Origin: Fidelibacterota bacterium
GTDB taxonomy: Bacteria; Fidelibacterota; Marinisomatia; Marinisomatales; UBA2128
Length of the DNA: 17,500 nucleotides
Assembly (NCBI GenBank): GCA_046861645.1
Contig: JBHHUM010000043.1
Location: 1-17,500, forward strand
Reading direction: 5' to 3'
Under the pieces are notes generated by a model, which had not been told where the DNA came from, searched no databases, and was given only the letters and a program-made list of their open reading frames with translations. Shown here in pieces: positions 17,262 to 17,500 of the stretch (positions are counted from its first letter, which is position 1; every line of letters begins with the position of its first letter). The position numbers and the translations under genes are program-made.

Positions 17262-17500
17262 CTATCTCAAAAGAAGAAGCTTCTTGGATGAAACTAGCTT
17301 GCCTATCTCTCCAAAGGGCGCAGCCTCCTGTGGAAATCCTGCGGAAATGCGATAGATATACACTACACTTGCCACAGGATTCCCCCCTCCATCTTTCCCA
17401 TCCCACACAACCCGCTTGTAACCGGCAGCCTGATGACTATCAACCAAGTGTCGCACCTGACGACCAAGCACGTCATAGATTATCATTGTCACATGGGCAT
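17262..17500 (-). CDS. 3' end of a secreted protein with an FlgD/T9SS-type C-terminal domain (partial)
   Basis: IYDVLGRQVRHL...WDGKD..GNPVAS..YIYRI...KKLLLLR. The frame is open to the window edge. Confidence 0.8.
   Translation of the reverse strand, partial: AHVTMIIYDVLGRQVRHLVDSHQAAGYKRVVWDGKDGGGNPVASVVYIYRISAGFPQEAAPFGEIGKLVSSKKLLLLR

Overview
Bacterial chromosomal window. The FlgD/'PNPFNP' C-terminal sorting domains and dockerin suggest an FCB-superphylum organism such as Marinimicrobia (inference). The backbone is housekeeping and transport genes: BI-1/YccA, a TPR lipoprotein, a FabL-like enoyl-ACP reductase, fabA, ychF, a membrane protein, TIGR02206, VOC, a PAF-AH-like hydrolase, an SLC13 transporter, DUF503, PadR and two GyrI-like proteins. 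A visibly AT-richer block of about 5.7 kb (~2250-7950) lies between the divergent fabL-like and fabA genes and is bounded by repeat clusters. On the minus strand it carries an atypical NarL/LuxR regulator with a G9 tract in its putative promoter, a beta-propeller lipoprotein, and a broken secreted S8 protease-dockerin-CTD gene preceded by tandem palindromic boxes. This block is the best candidate for an undescribed, possibly phase-variable surface module, but it may simply be decaying. No tRNA, rRNA, CRISPR array, integrase or transposase was recognised.
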